A stretch of DNA of 64,000 nucleotides from an uncultured Nitrospinota bacterium (GTDB lineage Bacteria; Tectomicrobia; Entotheonellia; J063; CAVPRW01). The stretch is from the NCBI GenBank assembly GCA_963707985.1, contig CAVPRW010000027.1, positions 145,521 through 209,520 on the forward strand, given 5' to 3'. Shown here in pieces: positions 41,590-54,732 of this stretch. The translations under genes and the position numbers were made by a program. Each line of letters begins with the position of its first letter. The stretch's first letter is position 1. The notes under the pieces are model-generated. The model was not told where the DNA came from. It made no database searches and was given only the letters and a program-made list of their open reading frames with translations.

Positions 41590-43011
41590 CTAACCTCGAG
41601 GGGCGTGCAGGACAGTATAGAAGGAGCGTTCCTCACGTAGGATGAGCAGCAGGACGTGGTCGCTCGGGTCCAACTTACTGACGGCGTTTTTGAAGCTGTC
41701 CATAGTCGTCACCGGAGCGCGCTCGATTTCTAAGATCACATCGCCTTTGCGCAACCCATCACGAGCGCCTGGGCTGCCAGTCTCGACATTGGTGATCACC
41801 ACGCCCTCATCGGTTTTCAAGTTAAACTGCTTGACCAGGTCTCTCGTGACCGCGTCCAGGGTGAGGCCGAAACGTGACCCGGCTGCGTCAGCCTTGGGCT
41901 CGAGATCTTTCAGCTCGCCGATTTCCAGGGCCACCTGCTGCTCTTGCCGATCGCGCCGGATTTTGAGCTGAACAGGCGTCCCTGGACGGGTGTCAGCCAC
42001 CTGGCGCTGCAGTTCCTGCATTTTTCGCACGGGGCGGCCGGCGAAATCAAGGATCACATCGCCGCGCTTCAGCCCAGCGTTTTCAGCCGGGCTACCCCGC
42101 AAGATATCGCCGATGAGCACCCCTCCATTCTCAGCGACCTCGAACTTGCCTGCGAGCTCTGAAGACAAGGTCTGGATCACCACGCCCAAATAACCGCGCA
42201 CGACGCGGCCGTTTTCCACCAGTTGCTGCATCACCTCTTTGGCCATGTTAATCGGAATGGCGAAGCCGATGCCACGACCCACGGGGTTGATCGCCGTATT
42301 GATCCCGATGACTTCGCCGCGGATGTTCAGTAAGGGGCCACCACTATTGCCGGGATTAATCGACGCATCTGTCTGAATATAGTCTTCAAAGGTCGACAAT
42401 CCCAATTCACCCCGCCCAACGCCGGAGATCACCCCAACGGTTAACGAATGCCCCAGACCGAAGGGGTTGCCAATGGCCACTGCCCATTGGCCTACTTTGA
42501 TGAGGTCGGAGTCGCCCAGCTTCGCTGCCGGCAATTCCTGATCGGTATCGACTTTCACCACGGCAAGGTCAGTCTTGGGGTCTCGACCGATCACCGACCC
42601 GCGAAAGTTCCGACCGTCAGCAAGGCTGAGCTCGATCTCATCGGCACGTTCGATGACATGGTGATTCGTCAACACCAATCCCTGAGGGTCGACAATCACT
42701 CCTGACCCCACGCCACGTTGAGGGGGCTCCCCCTTGGAAGGGTCTTTGCCGGTCTGTGGACCGCGTTTGTCTTGGCTTTCCGTCTTGATGCTGACGACGG
42801 CACGACCGGTCGTCTGTTGAATCTGTATGACCGCGTTTTGCCAGGCCTCGAGCAGCGCTGTTCCGTCGCGACTCTCGGGGCTGAGACGGTCCTGGCCAGC
42901 GGCTGGAAGTCCCCACATGAGGCAAAGCAGTATGAGCGCTAGCGAACGCCCCAGGTCTGTGGCAGGCCAGGGGTGTCGTCGACTGTTGACGTACGTCCAC
43001 TTCTGGATCAT
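41590..43011 (-). CDS. HtrA/DegQ serine protease with two PDZ domains
   Basis: TNHHV, DLAV, QTDASINPGNSGGPL, GYLGV. Confidence 0.94.
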   Translation of the reverse strand: MIQKWTYVNSRRHPWPATDLGRSLALILLCLMWGLPAAGQDRLSPESRDGTALLEAWQNAVIQIQQTTGRAVVSIKTESQDKRGPQTGKDPSKGEPPQRGVGSGVIVDPQGLVLTNHHVIERADEIELSLADGRNFRGSVIGRDPKTDLAVVKVDTDQELPAAKLGDSDLIKVGQWAVAIGNPFGLGHSLTVGVISGVGRGELGLSTFEDYIQTDASINPGNSGGPLLNIRGEVIGINTAINPVGRGIGFAIPINMAKEVMQQLVENGRVVRGYLGVVIQTLSSELAGKFEVAENGGVLIGDILRGSPAENAGLKRGDVILDFAGRPVRKMQELQRQVADTRPGTPVQLKIRRDRQEQQVALEIGELKDLEPKADAAGSRFGLTLDAVTRDLVKQFNLKTDEGVVITNVETGSPGARDGLRKGDVILEIERAPVTTMDSFKNAVSKLDPSDHVLLLILREERSFYTVLHAPRG

Positions 43012-43021
43012 GGTTTTATCC

Positions 43022-43822
43022 TTACTTCCGTATCAGCTGATTTAGAACTTGCTTCATACCAGTGGCCTGCTCCGCGATAGTGACCACTTGCTGAATGGCA
43101 TCATCTGTAGGCAAGGCGCCTGATAGGGTCACCACGCCCCCTGCCACGGCGACGCCGATCTCGTATGGACTAAGTTGTGGATGGGCATCCAAGGCTGCCC
43201 TGATGCGGCTGGAATGCACGAGATTCTGCAACGCCAGCCGGGAGGTATCCGTGGGCTGAAATGGTTCCCACTGTACCGCCTGAATCACCAGATCGCAGGC
43301 GGTATCGACGGTGAGCTTGTCAAGACTCAGAACTAAGTCATACTGATGAGGATCGCGCCAATCGACATCGAACAGGTAGCGCATGCGGCTGGTCCGCTCG
43401 TCGTCCACCTGTGTAATATAGCGCATGGCACCCTTGCGATCCAGGCGAGCATTCCGCGCCATGACGGCGCTAATTCTATATTCAAGCGGGGCGACCAGGC
43501 GCACCTTCAAGACATGACTAATACCCGGGAGGAGGGCATGGCCGGCGTATCCATGATAGACCAGGTTGCCCTGTTCGGCATACTCGCACATGGAGGCTTG
43601 CACAAACGTCAAGTACACACGTCGGCTGGTGGTGAGTTTTTCCCAGAAGGTTGGGGCCTTTTCGAAGGCTTTGATGAGCTCGGGCTCTGGCACGTTGTAG
43701 CGTCTGGCCGCCTCGATGATGACCTCGTTGCTCAAACATGGCCACCCCAGTTTCGCGGCCACACGCTCTGCCAACGCCTGGCCACCGCTGGCGGTCCCGC
43801 GTGAGATGGTGATGATTGACAT
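43022..43822 (-). CDS. Cytidylate kinase-like family protein with C-terminal BON domain
   Basis: IITISRGTASGG, YDLVL, GVVTLSG...VLNQL. Confidence 0.85.
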   Translation of the reverse strand: MSIITISRGTASGGQALAERVAAKLGWPCLSNEVIIEAARRYNVPEPELIKAFEKAPTFWEKLTTSRRVYLTFVQASMCEYAEQGNLVYHGYAGHALLPGISHVLKVRLVAPLEYRISAVMARNARLDRKGAMRYITQVDDERTSRMRYLFDVDWRDPHQYDLVLSLDKLTVDTACDLVIQAVQWEPFQPTDTSRLALQNLVHSSRIRAALDAHPQLSPYEIGVAVAGGVVTLSGALPTDDAIQQVVTIAEQATGMKQVLNQLIRK

Positions 43823-43983
43823 GGCGCCTCCCTCCTCTCTGCCCGTCACCCGCCGCGTTGTGTGTATTACCCTAGCAAATCCCGTCGGAGGGGTCAACAA
43901 TGTATGGGTTCGTGGCCTTGACGAATGCACCTCTCTCGCCCACAATGGATGACACACCCATTTCCCCTATAGAGGAGGCCTTT

Positions 43984-45424
43984 ATGTCTCGGCTAGAGGA
44001 CGTCAGACAAGCGTTAACCGCTCTCCTTGGCCCGACTCAAGTGATCAGCGATGCGCCTCACCTGGCGCTGTATCGCTTGGATGGGTTGCGCCCCTCACGT
44101 GGCTATCGTGACCGCCAGCGACTTGGCGTCATGCCTGGATGCGTGGTCCGCCCACGGCGGACGGCAGACGTGCAAGCCCTGGTGCAGTGGGCCAAGGCCG
44201 CGCACAAGGCGCTCGTCCCCTACGGCGGCGGCACTGGCTTGATGGGTGGTGCCATGGCCGATGAGGAGAGTGTGCTGATCGACTTCAAAGACATGGCCGA
44301 CATTGTGGCCATCCGGCGGCAGGATCGACACGCGGTCGTGCAGTCTGGGGTTGTCCTCAGCCGCCTGGAGGATGCCTTGCGCGCCGAGGGATTGACCCTG
44401 GGGCACGATCCCTGGACGGTCGGCATCGCAACCGTCGGCGGCACGATTTCGACGGACGGTTTGGGCTATCGTGGTGGGACAGTATGGGTCGATGGGGGAG
44501 CAGGTGCTTGGTCTCGAAGTCGTGCTGCCTGATGGCCAGGTCTTGCGTACGCGAGCAGTGCCGAAGTCATCCACCGGCCCCGATCTCACCCAACTGTTCA
44601 TCGGCGCGGAAGGGGTTTTCGGCTTGATTACCGAGGCCACCCTACAGGTCTTTCCCGCTCCCGAAGCCCATGCCCTGCTGGCCTTCACGTTTCCGACCTT
44701 CGCGCAAGGTTTTGCAGCGGTGGCGGAAATGGCGAGCATTGGATTGCGGCCAGCGCTGATGGAGCTCACTGAAGACTTCCCAACAGGCGATGTGGCGCGT
44801 TCGCTCATCGAGCGTGCCCCTGGGGTAAGCTTGTATCTCGGCTGTGAAGGTTTCCAGGGATTGGTTGAAGCACAGCGTGACCGCGCCGTAACAATCAGCT
44901 CACATCACGGCGGCAAAGACCTCGGGGAAGCCGTGGCGCGCACGTTTTGGGACAGTCGCCATCGCACCGCCGAGCGCTTTCAGCAAGATCGCCTCAGAAA
45001 TCTACCACACGGCATCCTCGACACCCGCCCCGAAGCCAGCTTTGACTACATCCACATCGCCCTTCCCACCTCACAAGTCCTGCATTTTCGCGAGGATGCA
45101 ATGGAACTGTGCCAGCAACAAGGGATTTTGGTGAATCAGTGTGGCATCTGGACGCGCCCTGAGCTGTTCTCCATGGTCCTCCATAATCCGAGCGGTCACG
45201 TGGAAATTCTGGCCGACACGGTCGATCGCTTGTTGGCACGGGCCCAGGACGTGGGCGGCAGCATGGAATATTGCCATGGCGTCGGCGTGCGCCTGGCGCA
45301 CCTGCTCGCCCGGGAGTTGGGGGCCGGGACAACGATCTTGAGTGCCCTGAAGCAGGCACTTGATCCGGATCATCTTTTAAATCCAGGAAAATTGGGCCTG
45401 CAGTCGAATGTGTCGGATGCGTGA
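43984..45424 (+). CDS. FAD-binding oxidoreductase (GlcD/alkyl-DHAP synthase-like), frameshift near 44475
   Basis: PYGGGTGLMGG, GAEGVFGLIT, HGVG, DPDHLLNPGK; two ORFs. Confidence 0.85.
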
Positions 45425-45594
45425 GCCGAGAGACCTAGGTGCTGAGGACTGGGTCAGGCGTGCACAAAACACCCAGTCCTCAACACGTTAGAGGCTCGCA
45501 CGGGCAGGATCAGGGGCAAGAGGTCACATGCGGTGCGCGAACAACACCGATCGGAACAGCAAGGACGAACCACGCCAGCAATGATAGTGAGGAC

Positions 45595-45855
45595 CTAGCT
45601 TTCGAGTGGGGGGGCGGCCTTCTCATTCGGTGCCGTACCCTCGATCAGGCGCTGTAATTCCTCCAACTCCTCCTCTGTGGCTGGCTTATCGAGCCATGCA
45701 TCGAGGACGCTTTTGCGAATGTACCAGGTGCCGTCACGTTGGTCTGCGGCAATCTCCTGGCGCTCTATCAGCTTGTACAGCGCGTGGACCGGGATACGCA
45801 GGTAATCGGCCGCTTGCCAGGGCTTCCAAAAGATTTCTGTATGCCGCATCGCCAT
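45595..45855 (-). CDS. Excisionase-like HTH protein
   Basis: QAADYLRIPVHALYKLIERQEI...WYIRKSVLDAWL. Confidence 0.7.
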   Translation of the reverse strand: MAMRHTEIFWKPWQAADYLRIPVHALYKLIERQEIAADQRDGTWYIRKSVLDAWLDKPATEEELEELQRLIEGTAPNEKAAPPLES

Positions 45856-46019
45856 CACCACTCCCTCAGGGATGTTGAGATAAGATGGGAGACCCCAACC
45901 GTAATGCTGAACAGCCAATGACGCATTGCCCCTATGGTAGCCCACTTCGATACATGAGTAAAGCGGCAGACGCCCGCCATCGTTGAAAAAGATCGGGCTG
46001 GGCCAGCGCTGTTCCTCAT

Positions 46020-47513
46020 TTACCACGCTGAAAAATGTAACAGCCCATCCACCGGGGCGTAATCGTCGGTCAGGAGCGGGACATCCTTCACGGGGATAGA
46101 ATCGAACACATAGGTGTGCGCGAAGCGTTCGAGTGGGAACTGCACCTTGTGCTCGTCTTCAAGGCGTCGCGACCGGCGAATGACATCTTGTTTACTGAGG
46201 CGTTCTTTGTCCTGGGTGGCGATGACGATGATGTTCGACACCTCATCCACCGGAAACACGTAGGTCTGGGGGAACTCGGTCTGCAGGGTTTTCAGGATCG
46301 AGCGAAACAACTTGCTGTCGGAGCCCTGGACACTGCCGATAATGTTCGACACCAGGATACCCGTGGGCGTGAGCTTGGCTTTAAGCTCCTGGAAAAATTC
46401 TCGGGTGCTCAGATGAAAGGGGATCGCATCGGCGTAATAGGCGTCGAGCACGATGACGTCATACCGATGTGGCGTTTTCTGCAGGAAGATGCGCCCATCC
46501 ACCGCCTGTGCCCGCATGCGCTCGCTCTCCTGAAACATAAAATAGCGCTTGGCAACGTTGACCACCTCTGGGTCTAGCTCGGCCACATCGATCTGTAGGG
46601 TGGGATAATCGCGATAGAATCGCTTCGGCGCCGACCCACCGCCGAGGCCGATGAACAGCACTCGTTGGGGAGCATTCTGGAAGGCCATGGCGAGGTGCAG
46701 ATATTGGGTGTAGTGGAACACCATGCGATCTGGGTCATTGAGGTCCATGGCACTCTGCCGGAGTCGGTCAAAGCGCAGGGTGCGCAGGCCGTCGTCATCG
46801 GTCACGACGATATGGTGGTATAAGGAATCTTTTTTGTACAGCGTGTTGGTCGCCGCCAGGGCCGGTAGGCTGGAACAGAAAATGCCAACGACTACCCAGG
46901 CCATGGCTCGTTTGCCCAGTCGCCCCCCAGCAGTACGATGGATGATGATTAACAGTATTGCTAGTGCCATAAGTGTGACCCCTAAGGAGTACAGAATGCT
47001 CCGAACACCGATCATCTGGATCAGATAAAACGCCGTCAACAGGGCTCCCACGATGCTCCCGGCCGTGGAGATGGCGTAGATCAGCCCTGCCGTGTTGCCG
47101 ATGGTCGCTAGACTGGACGCCGCCAACTTGATGGCGTAGGGCGATACCGTACCCATGAACACGCTGGGGAGAAAGAACAAACACACGGTTGCCAGCAGGG
47201 GGCTCCATCGCGGCCCGAAATCTATGCTGGCGATGGTGCGATTGACCGGTGGCGCCACCACAGGGAGGATCACCACCAGCACGCCCGCGATCAGAATGAG
47301 TATGGCCATAGCCAGAAGGCGTGGACGACGGTCGGCGAGAAATCCACCCATGGAATAGCCGATGGTCAGGCCCGCCAGAAATGTGCTGATGAGACTGCCC
47401 CAGACGAAGATGGAGCTACCGAAATAGGGCGCCAGCACGCGGCTCCCAACGATTTCCAACCCCAGTAGCACAGCCCCACAGATAAACACTGTCAGTTGCA
47501 ACAGCCCAACCAT
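46020..47513 (-). CDS. Fused MFS-like membrane domain/spermidine synthase-like methyltransferase
   Basis: LEIVGSRVLAPYFGSS, IGLGGG, DGRIFL, DVIVLDAY, LTDDYAPV. Confidence 0.92.
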   Translation of the reverse strand: MVGLLQLTVFICGAVLLGLEIVGSRVLAPYFGSSIFVWGSLISTFLAGLTIGYSMGGFLADRRPRLLAMAILILIAGVLVVILPVVAPPVNRTIASIDFGPRWSPLLATVCLFFLPSVFMGTVSPYAIKLAASSLATIGNTAGLIYAISTAGSIVGALLTAFYLIQMIGVRSILYSLGVTLMALAILLIIIHRTAGGRLGKRAMAWVVVGIFCSSLPALAATNTLYKKDSLYHHIVVTDDDGLRTLRFDRLRQSAMDLNDPDRMVFHYTQYLHLAMAFQNAPQRVLFIGLGGGSAPKRFYRDYPTLQIDVAELDPEVVNVAKRYFMFQESERMRAQAVDGRIFLQKTPHRYDVIVLDAYYADAIPFHLSTREFFQELKAKLTPTGILVSNIIGSVQGSDSKLFRSILKTLQTEFPQTYVFPVDEVSNIIVIATQDKERLSKQDVIRRSRRLEDEHKVQFPLERFAHTYVFDSIPVKDVPLLTDDYAPVDGLLHFSAW

Positions 47514-47746
47514 GTCGGCCTCACGTCCTGCAGAAGACTCCCATCATGTCGTTGCGCACCTGAAGCACCATATTATCTGATTCCGCTCCTGGGGTCCAGA
47601 GGCCCTCTGCTCCGCTGTTGTCTTGACAGCCGCTGATCGACGCCTATAGGATGAGCCTGCTATCCGTGACGGTGTCCTGTCCCAAGACGCTCCACTCTCC
47701 AGTATAAAACCCCTGCGATGGACGTTGCCGAACAAGGGAGGTGACT

Positions 47747-48847
47747 ATGCAACCCGACTGGTTGAAGCAACACTTTGCGGCGCAGAAAGCAGCTGAAATC
47801 GACGCGCTCACCATGCCAGAACAGCCGTCAGGAGTGAATCGTCGGGATTTCCTCCACGGCAGCATACTCGCCGGCGTGACCGCTGGCGCAGCGGCTGGGG
47901 GACTTGTCGCCCAGCATCACGCGGCTCACGCCCAGCCGGTCTCAGCCGCAAACCCTTTCGGAAAGGACTGGTGGCCATCGCCCTGGGGCCCAACCGACGA
48001 GCGTGGAGCCGCTAATCGCGTGACACCGGCAAAGGTTCTCGAGGCAGTCAAACTGATTAAGACCGGTAAGATCTACCAACTGGGTCGGCTGTATGAGCAG
48101 GGCATGCCGCTATTTGGCTCGCGGCACTATAGCCTTACCATCCCCGGCGGGCCGACCGGCGGGCCGTTAGGCGCCGCCAAACTGATGTATAACGATGAGA
48201 TGGTCAGCGGCGAAATCGGCCAGGTTGGCACGCAATTCGACGGCCTTGGACATGTCGGCACATTGGTCGGCAATGAAGTCATCTACTACAACGGATTCAA
48301 GCAATCCGATGTGGGTGGAGCCTACGGTCTTCAGAAACTGGGCATCCACAACGTCGGGGTCTTTTTCACTCGTGGTGTTCTCATCGATGTCCTCGGCTAT
48401 AAAGGGGGCGACCGCCTTCCCATCGGTTATGTCATCACTCCGGAGGACGTGCGAGGAGCCCTGTCACGGCAAGGGACACGCGAGCCGGGCGAGGGGGACG
48501 TCGTACTCTTTTATACTGGCCACAGTAAGCTCTGGATGAAAGACAACGCTGAATACAACAAGGGCGAACCCGGACCTGGTGTGACTGCAGCTAAGTGGCT
48601 CATCGAGAGGAATATCTGCCTTGTGGGCGCGGACACATGGGGTGTAGAAGCGATACCGGGAGAAGACAAGGACCGGCTGTTTGAATGCCACCAGTGGTGG
48701 ATCACCATGAACGGGATCTATATCCATGAAAACCTGACGCTGGAACAACTGGTGGCGGATCGGATGTACGAGTTTGCCTATATCTTCAGCCCCTTGCGGC
48801 TCAAGGGCGCCACAGGTTCACCCGGCAACCCGATCGCGGTCGTCTAG
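47747..48847 (+). CDS. Cyclase (kynurenine formamidase-like) family protein, Tat-exported
   Basis: NRRDFL twin-arginine motif; GTQFDGLGH, GADTWGVE, GATGSPGNP. Confidence 0.88.
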   Translation: MQPDWLKQHFAAQKAAEIDALTMPEQPSGVNRRDFLHGSILAGVTAGAAAGGLVAQHHAAHAQPVSAANPFGKDWWPSPWGPTDERGAANRVTPAKVLEAVKLIKTGKIYQLGRLYEQGMPLFGSRHYSLTIPGGPTGGPLGAAKLMYNDEMVSGEIGQVGTQFDGLGHVGTLVGNEVIYYNGFKQSDVGGAYGLQKLGIHNVGVFFTRGVLIDVLGYKGGDRLPIGYVITPEDVRGALSRQGTREPGEGDVVLFYTGHSKLWMKDNAEYNKGEPGPGVTAAKWLIERNICLVGADTWGVEAIPGEDKDRLFECHQWWITMNGIYIHENLTLEQLVADRMYEFAYIFSPLRLKGATGSPGNPIAVV

Positions 48848-48930
48848 GGCCAGGTCAAAAGCGCCGCGCGAGGTGAACGCCTCGACAATGTTCCTTCTCC
48901 ATCCGGAAGCTATTTAGGAGAGGTTTTCGT

Positions 48931-49027
48931 CCCCTCTCCTTCTGGGAGAGGATTAGGGTGAGGGCGGCAGGGTATACGCGAGCGGTCGAGCATCCCTCAC
49001 CCCGGCCCTCTCCCAATGGGAGAGGGG
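48931..49027. repeat. REP-like inverted repeat pair
   Basis: cccctctccttctgggagaggattagggtgaggg / ccctcaccccggccctctcccaatgggagagggg between convergent genes. Confidence 0.75.
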
Positions 49028-49050
49028 GGCAAGGGGCTCGATGCAGCAGT

Positions 49051-49446
49051 TTAGAGCTTGGCGACGCCAGCGCGGGCACAGTCTTCATCTTGTTGCCCAG
49101 TGCCGCCGCCCACGCCGCAAGCGCCTTCGGCCATACCGTTGCGGATCACAGGAACGGCGCCCTGGCTGGGGATCATGTGTCCGCCTTCCGCGGCGCCAAT
49201 TCCCCGAATGATCGGCGTGTCTGCGCGTTCGGCGAGCTCGCCACTCGGACGTGCAAAGGCGACCGAGGCGACGGCTTTGCCCTGGCAGCCGTAAACACTG
49301 CCCCAAATGGCCCCATCCATCCGATTGAAGGCGATCAGACGGCCGCCGGCATCGCAGACGGCGACACTGATCTTAATATTCAGCTCTTGCGCTTTCGCCA
49401 CTGCACCTTCGATGATTCGGTTCGCATCAGCTAACGTCAGCGACAT
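49051..49446 (-). CDS. GlcG/HbpS-family heme-binding protein
   Basis: ISVAVCDAGG, RMDGA, GACGVGGG..QQDEDCA. Confidence 0.9.
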   Translation of the reverse strand: MSLTLADANRIIEGAVAKAQELNIKISVAVCDAGGRLIAFNRMDGAIWGSVYGCQGKAVASVAFARPSGELAERADTPIIRGIGAAEGGHMIPSQGAVPVIRNGMAEGACGVGGGTGQQDEDCARAGVAKL

Positions 49447-49589
49447 CGGGTCTCTCCTTTATGGCATCTCGTCAACGAAAATGCAGCCGTCAGAGGTTCA
49501 GTATTCCATGGTTTCACGGCAGCGATCATAGAGGTGCAGCCGAAGACTGTCAAGGCCGATACCACACGCTCCCCTGTCGCACTTCCGCA

Positions 49590-51539
<1,950 letters not shown>

Positions 51540-51903
51540 CAGCTCACTCCTCCTTTGCCGATCTCCCGCAGCGTGGCTGCTCGCCAGCTTTCTGCCTCGG
51601 TTACCGAAGCGCTAATTGCCCTATTGTAGTCCTAACCGTCGATCACGATCAATAGGTGATGCCGCGACAATGGTCACAGGTGACCCAACGGCACTGGGCG
51701 ATCTGATAACGGCTCGGACAGCGGGCACAGAAATGCGCCCCACTCGACTTGAATCGCAAATCGCGTACCTACTGCCCCATCCTCGCAACACCGAAGATCG
51801 CCTGGCAGAAGTGCCCGATCGTCGGGGGACGAGGATAGAGTCATGGTAGCTCTGCATCTAGCCCTAGAGGTCTGTTCCGCCACGTAAAGGATAGACCTGC
51901 ATG

Positions 51904-52190
51904 TCGGAACGATTGATGAGTTTCTCGGCCTGAGTCCAGCCGAAGCGGCTTATACTGAGCTCAAACTTGCCCTCAGTGCCCAGCTCAAGCAGTGTCGCCC
52001 GCAACGGCAGCTCACGCAGGCGGAATTAGCGAGGCGGCTGCAATCGAACCAATCGCGTGTCGCCAAAATGGAGGCAGGGGATCCCTCGGTCTCTTTGGTC
52101 CTGCTGATTCGATCATTACTGGCATTGGGGCTCACGACCACGGACCTAGCACGCATCATTGCCCCACAACCCTGGACTCCCGCAACATAA
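51904..52190 (+). pseudogene. XRE-family HTH antitoxin-like gene lacking its start
   Basis: VGTIDEFLGLSPAE...LTQAELARRLQSNQSRVAKMEAGDPSVSL. Confidence 0.7.
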
Positions 52191-52257
52191 CGAGTCGCGA
52201 GATCGCAATGAGTCATTCGGCCGCGCGCTGGCTATGACATTAGAATGCGATCTCACC

Positions 52258-52716
52258 TTATTCCGTCGGTCGGCGTGTCAGCGATTGGAGCGGGATCACC
52301 GTGATAAACGACGCCAAGGGCGTAAAATCGGCTGGATTATTGGTCAGGATGCGGTGGATGCCAACTGCTTGCATTGTCGCAACAATGTTCGTATCGTGGA
52401 CCTGCGTGCTGTAGCCTTGTTCCAAGAGCGTCAGTAGTTGTGCTGTGACCAGGGGACCATCCTCTGCCATTAGAAAGCGGACCTCAAACTGACGGACAGC
52501 CGCCGTTAACTCGGTAATCGGAATGCCAACGTGTGGACGTGCTAACGTGGCCAAATATTCGCGCAGGACTTGGCGACTGATCCACAGCGGCGTCTGGCTC
52601 GCCTCATAGGCCGTAATCGCATCCCGTGCCGCGTGATAGGACGGGGAGGCGTCGACACTGGCATACACCAAGATGTTGGTGTCCAGAAAGATGGGATCAG
52701 CGGCCGCGGTCGTCAT
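52258..52716 (-). CDS. PIN-domain (VapC-like) toxin
   Basis: IFLDTNILVY, QVLREY, HDTNIVATM, TNNPADF. Confidence 0.9.
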   Translation of the reverse strand: MTTAAADPIFLDTNILVYASVDASPSYHAARDAITAYEASQTPLWISRQVLREYLATLARPHVGIPITELTAAVRQFEVRFLMAEDGPLVTAQLLTLLEQGYSTQVHDTNIVATMQAVGIHRILTNNPADFTPLASFITVIPLQSLTRRPTE

Positions 52717-52918
52717 ATAACTCCTCGCGTCGGAGTGGCAAGTTGTTCGGCCACGTGGCGAGATGGATGGTTGGAAGCGGTCGCTCTTTCGGGACAGGCG
52801 TTGCTACCGCCGACTGCTGAGCTACTTGCATAGTCAAGTCATTGAGGAGATACAGCTTCTCCTGGAACGACAGTTGCCGTACGAGGGTACGCACTTGAGT
52901 CAATTGGTCCGCGGCCAT
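52697..52918 (-). CDS. Putative antitoxin of the PIN toxin
   Basis: Small ORF ending LRREELYDD, overlapping the PIN gene. Confidence 0.7.
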   Translation of the reverse strand: MAADQLTQVRTLVRQLSFQEKLYLLNDLTMQVAQQSAVATPVPKERPLPTIHLATWPNNLPLRREELYDDRGR

Positions 52919-53129
52919 GGTTTCCTCCTCATGCCATCTGTTGGTCTTAATATACTACGTCTTCGCAATCGAATGACGCGCAGGTGAGCGATTGGGATGA
53001 GGTCGCCACAAACTCCTCCGGAAGCGCATACGGCGGGGAAAGCCAGGGGATGCAGGTGTTGATGGTCCTGCGACATGTGCCTCGCCTGGGTTAGCAGTAC
53101 CGATTATAACCATATCTTGAGGGGAAACA

Positions 53130-54125
53130 TCAAGCGTCCCCAGCCATGGGCATGATGCCGCCACGAGCAGCCTCGATCTCCACCTTCCAATGGCTCACAA
53201 TGTCAGGCTCGGCCACGGCATATCCGACGATCTTCGCCAGCACATCAGCCACCTCGATTCCCAGTCGATGAATGCGGTCGGGGAGCGGAAACGCCTCGAT
53301 CTGTTGCAAGATGGCCTCGAAGACGGTATCGCCGTGGGTAGCGACGTGCAGGCGGCCTTCGAACGTTGGCATGCCAACGTCGAACGTCGGCCGTGACGCC
53401 GTGATGGCGGTGCCGTCCGAGACTCCGGGGACGTCACTCACAACCATGAATGGTTCCTTGCCCTCCTCACGGAGGCGACAACCCAATTGCCGCAAATAAC
53501 GAGACTCACACAACGTCTGCCAGGTGGCCCCCAAATCGACTGGAGCGCGCGTCTGGTGCGCCTGCGCTGTGATGAACTATGCATAGATCTGGTACAGCTC
53601 CTGCGGCGCCATTTCCATGCCGGCCGAACGCTGCTGTGCTGATCGTGCTCGCTCCATGGCTCGGCGCTCTAGCGACTCGGCGCTGAGGGTCGCGTTGGCC
53701 AGGTCTAAAAATTCCTCAGGCGTGACTGGTAAGAGGGACATCTGCTGCGTGCCGACGATCTTGACGACCTCGGCGAGGCGCGTCAGCAGACGCCCGTAGC
53801 CCTTCCGCTTCGTCGGCATAACCATTTGATTTTATTGATACTGGTCAAATCTGATCAAAATGAAAAACACTAAAAATACCAAGAGTTAGGTCATAGGTGC
53901 GGAATGTCGGCGTAACGATATCCTCAGCGGAATCGGCATAGCACAGGTTGAGCACAGAGATATCCCGATGCTGTTGACCGATGCGATCGATGCGCCCGAT
54001 GCACTGCTCGACCTTCATCGGATTCCACGGCAGGTCGAAGTTGACCAGCAGGTCGGCGCTCTGTCAATTGAGCCCTTCGGCCGCGGCGTCCGTGCAGACC
54101 AGGATATTGATCTCGCCCCGCATAC
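53130..54125 (-). pseudogene. SNF2-type helicase C-terminal fragments (restriction-like system)
   Basis: 53925-54120 encodes ILVCTDAAAEG...[27 protein letters not shown]; further fragments 53577-53790 and 53130-53534 (less certain). Confidence 0.7.
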
Positions 54126-54139
54126 ACCATCGAGCCCAC

Positions 54140-54690
54140 GCTGACGGCAGGTCAGAAAGATCGAGCTGGCGGAGGCCATGTTCTTTTGATGCATAGATGC
54201 CGTGAATTCTGACTCCACGGGAAACGAGGCCATGATTGTCCAGCCCGCCTCGATCAGCGAACGGGTGAGGGCTTCCCAGGCTTCCTGCGATTTATGGGTA
54301 AACATCAGCGTCATCAGGCCATCAGCTTTCGGCGCACCCCGGCATTCGGCGAAGATCTCCTCGATCGTCTGCTCATAGGCTAACCTCGCGGCTTTCGCTG
54401 AGCCATCGCGAGCAGGATTGGCCACGGCCTCGACGCTTTTATCGACCAATCGCCGCGTGAATAGCTCTGGGTAGAGGTCGCTGAGGGTAAGTATCTGCCA
54501 GACGTAGAAATAGTCCGATAGCTTACCTTATTGTACGTTGTCGTAGTACGGTAGGTCCATGCAGATCAGACCGACGGAGCCATCGGCAAGGCTGGGCATG
54601 ATGGCGGCCGTGCCGTTGATGATGGTGAGCGGCAGGGCATCAGCGGCATAGCGGGCATGGACCAACTTGAGAAGTTCTGAGATGCCACAA
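54140..54690 (-). pseudogene. DUF1156-type adenine methyltransferase fragment
   Basis: SVGLICMDLPYYDNVQ*GKLSDYFYVW...EAVANPAR...LMFTHKSQEAW; DPPY changed to DLPY, in-frame TAA. Confidence 0.8.
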
Positions 54691-54697
54691 TATAAGA

Positions 54698-54708
54698 GTT
54701 AGACAGCC
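54698..54708 (-). mobile_element. attC inverse-core stub of the helicase cassette
   Basis: Minus-strand GGCTGTCTAAC ~25 nt after the stop; exact complement of the cassette start at 59950-59960. Confidence 0.7.
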
Positions 54709-54732
54709 CATGTCGATGGACTTTGCGTCGCT

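Noticed and set aside
45595..45855. Excisionase marking a prophage
   Set aside because: Sits among housekeeping genes with no phage genes nearby; more likely a stand-alone HTH regulator.
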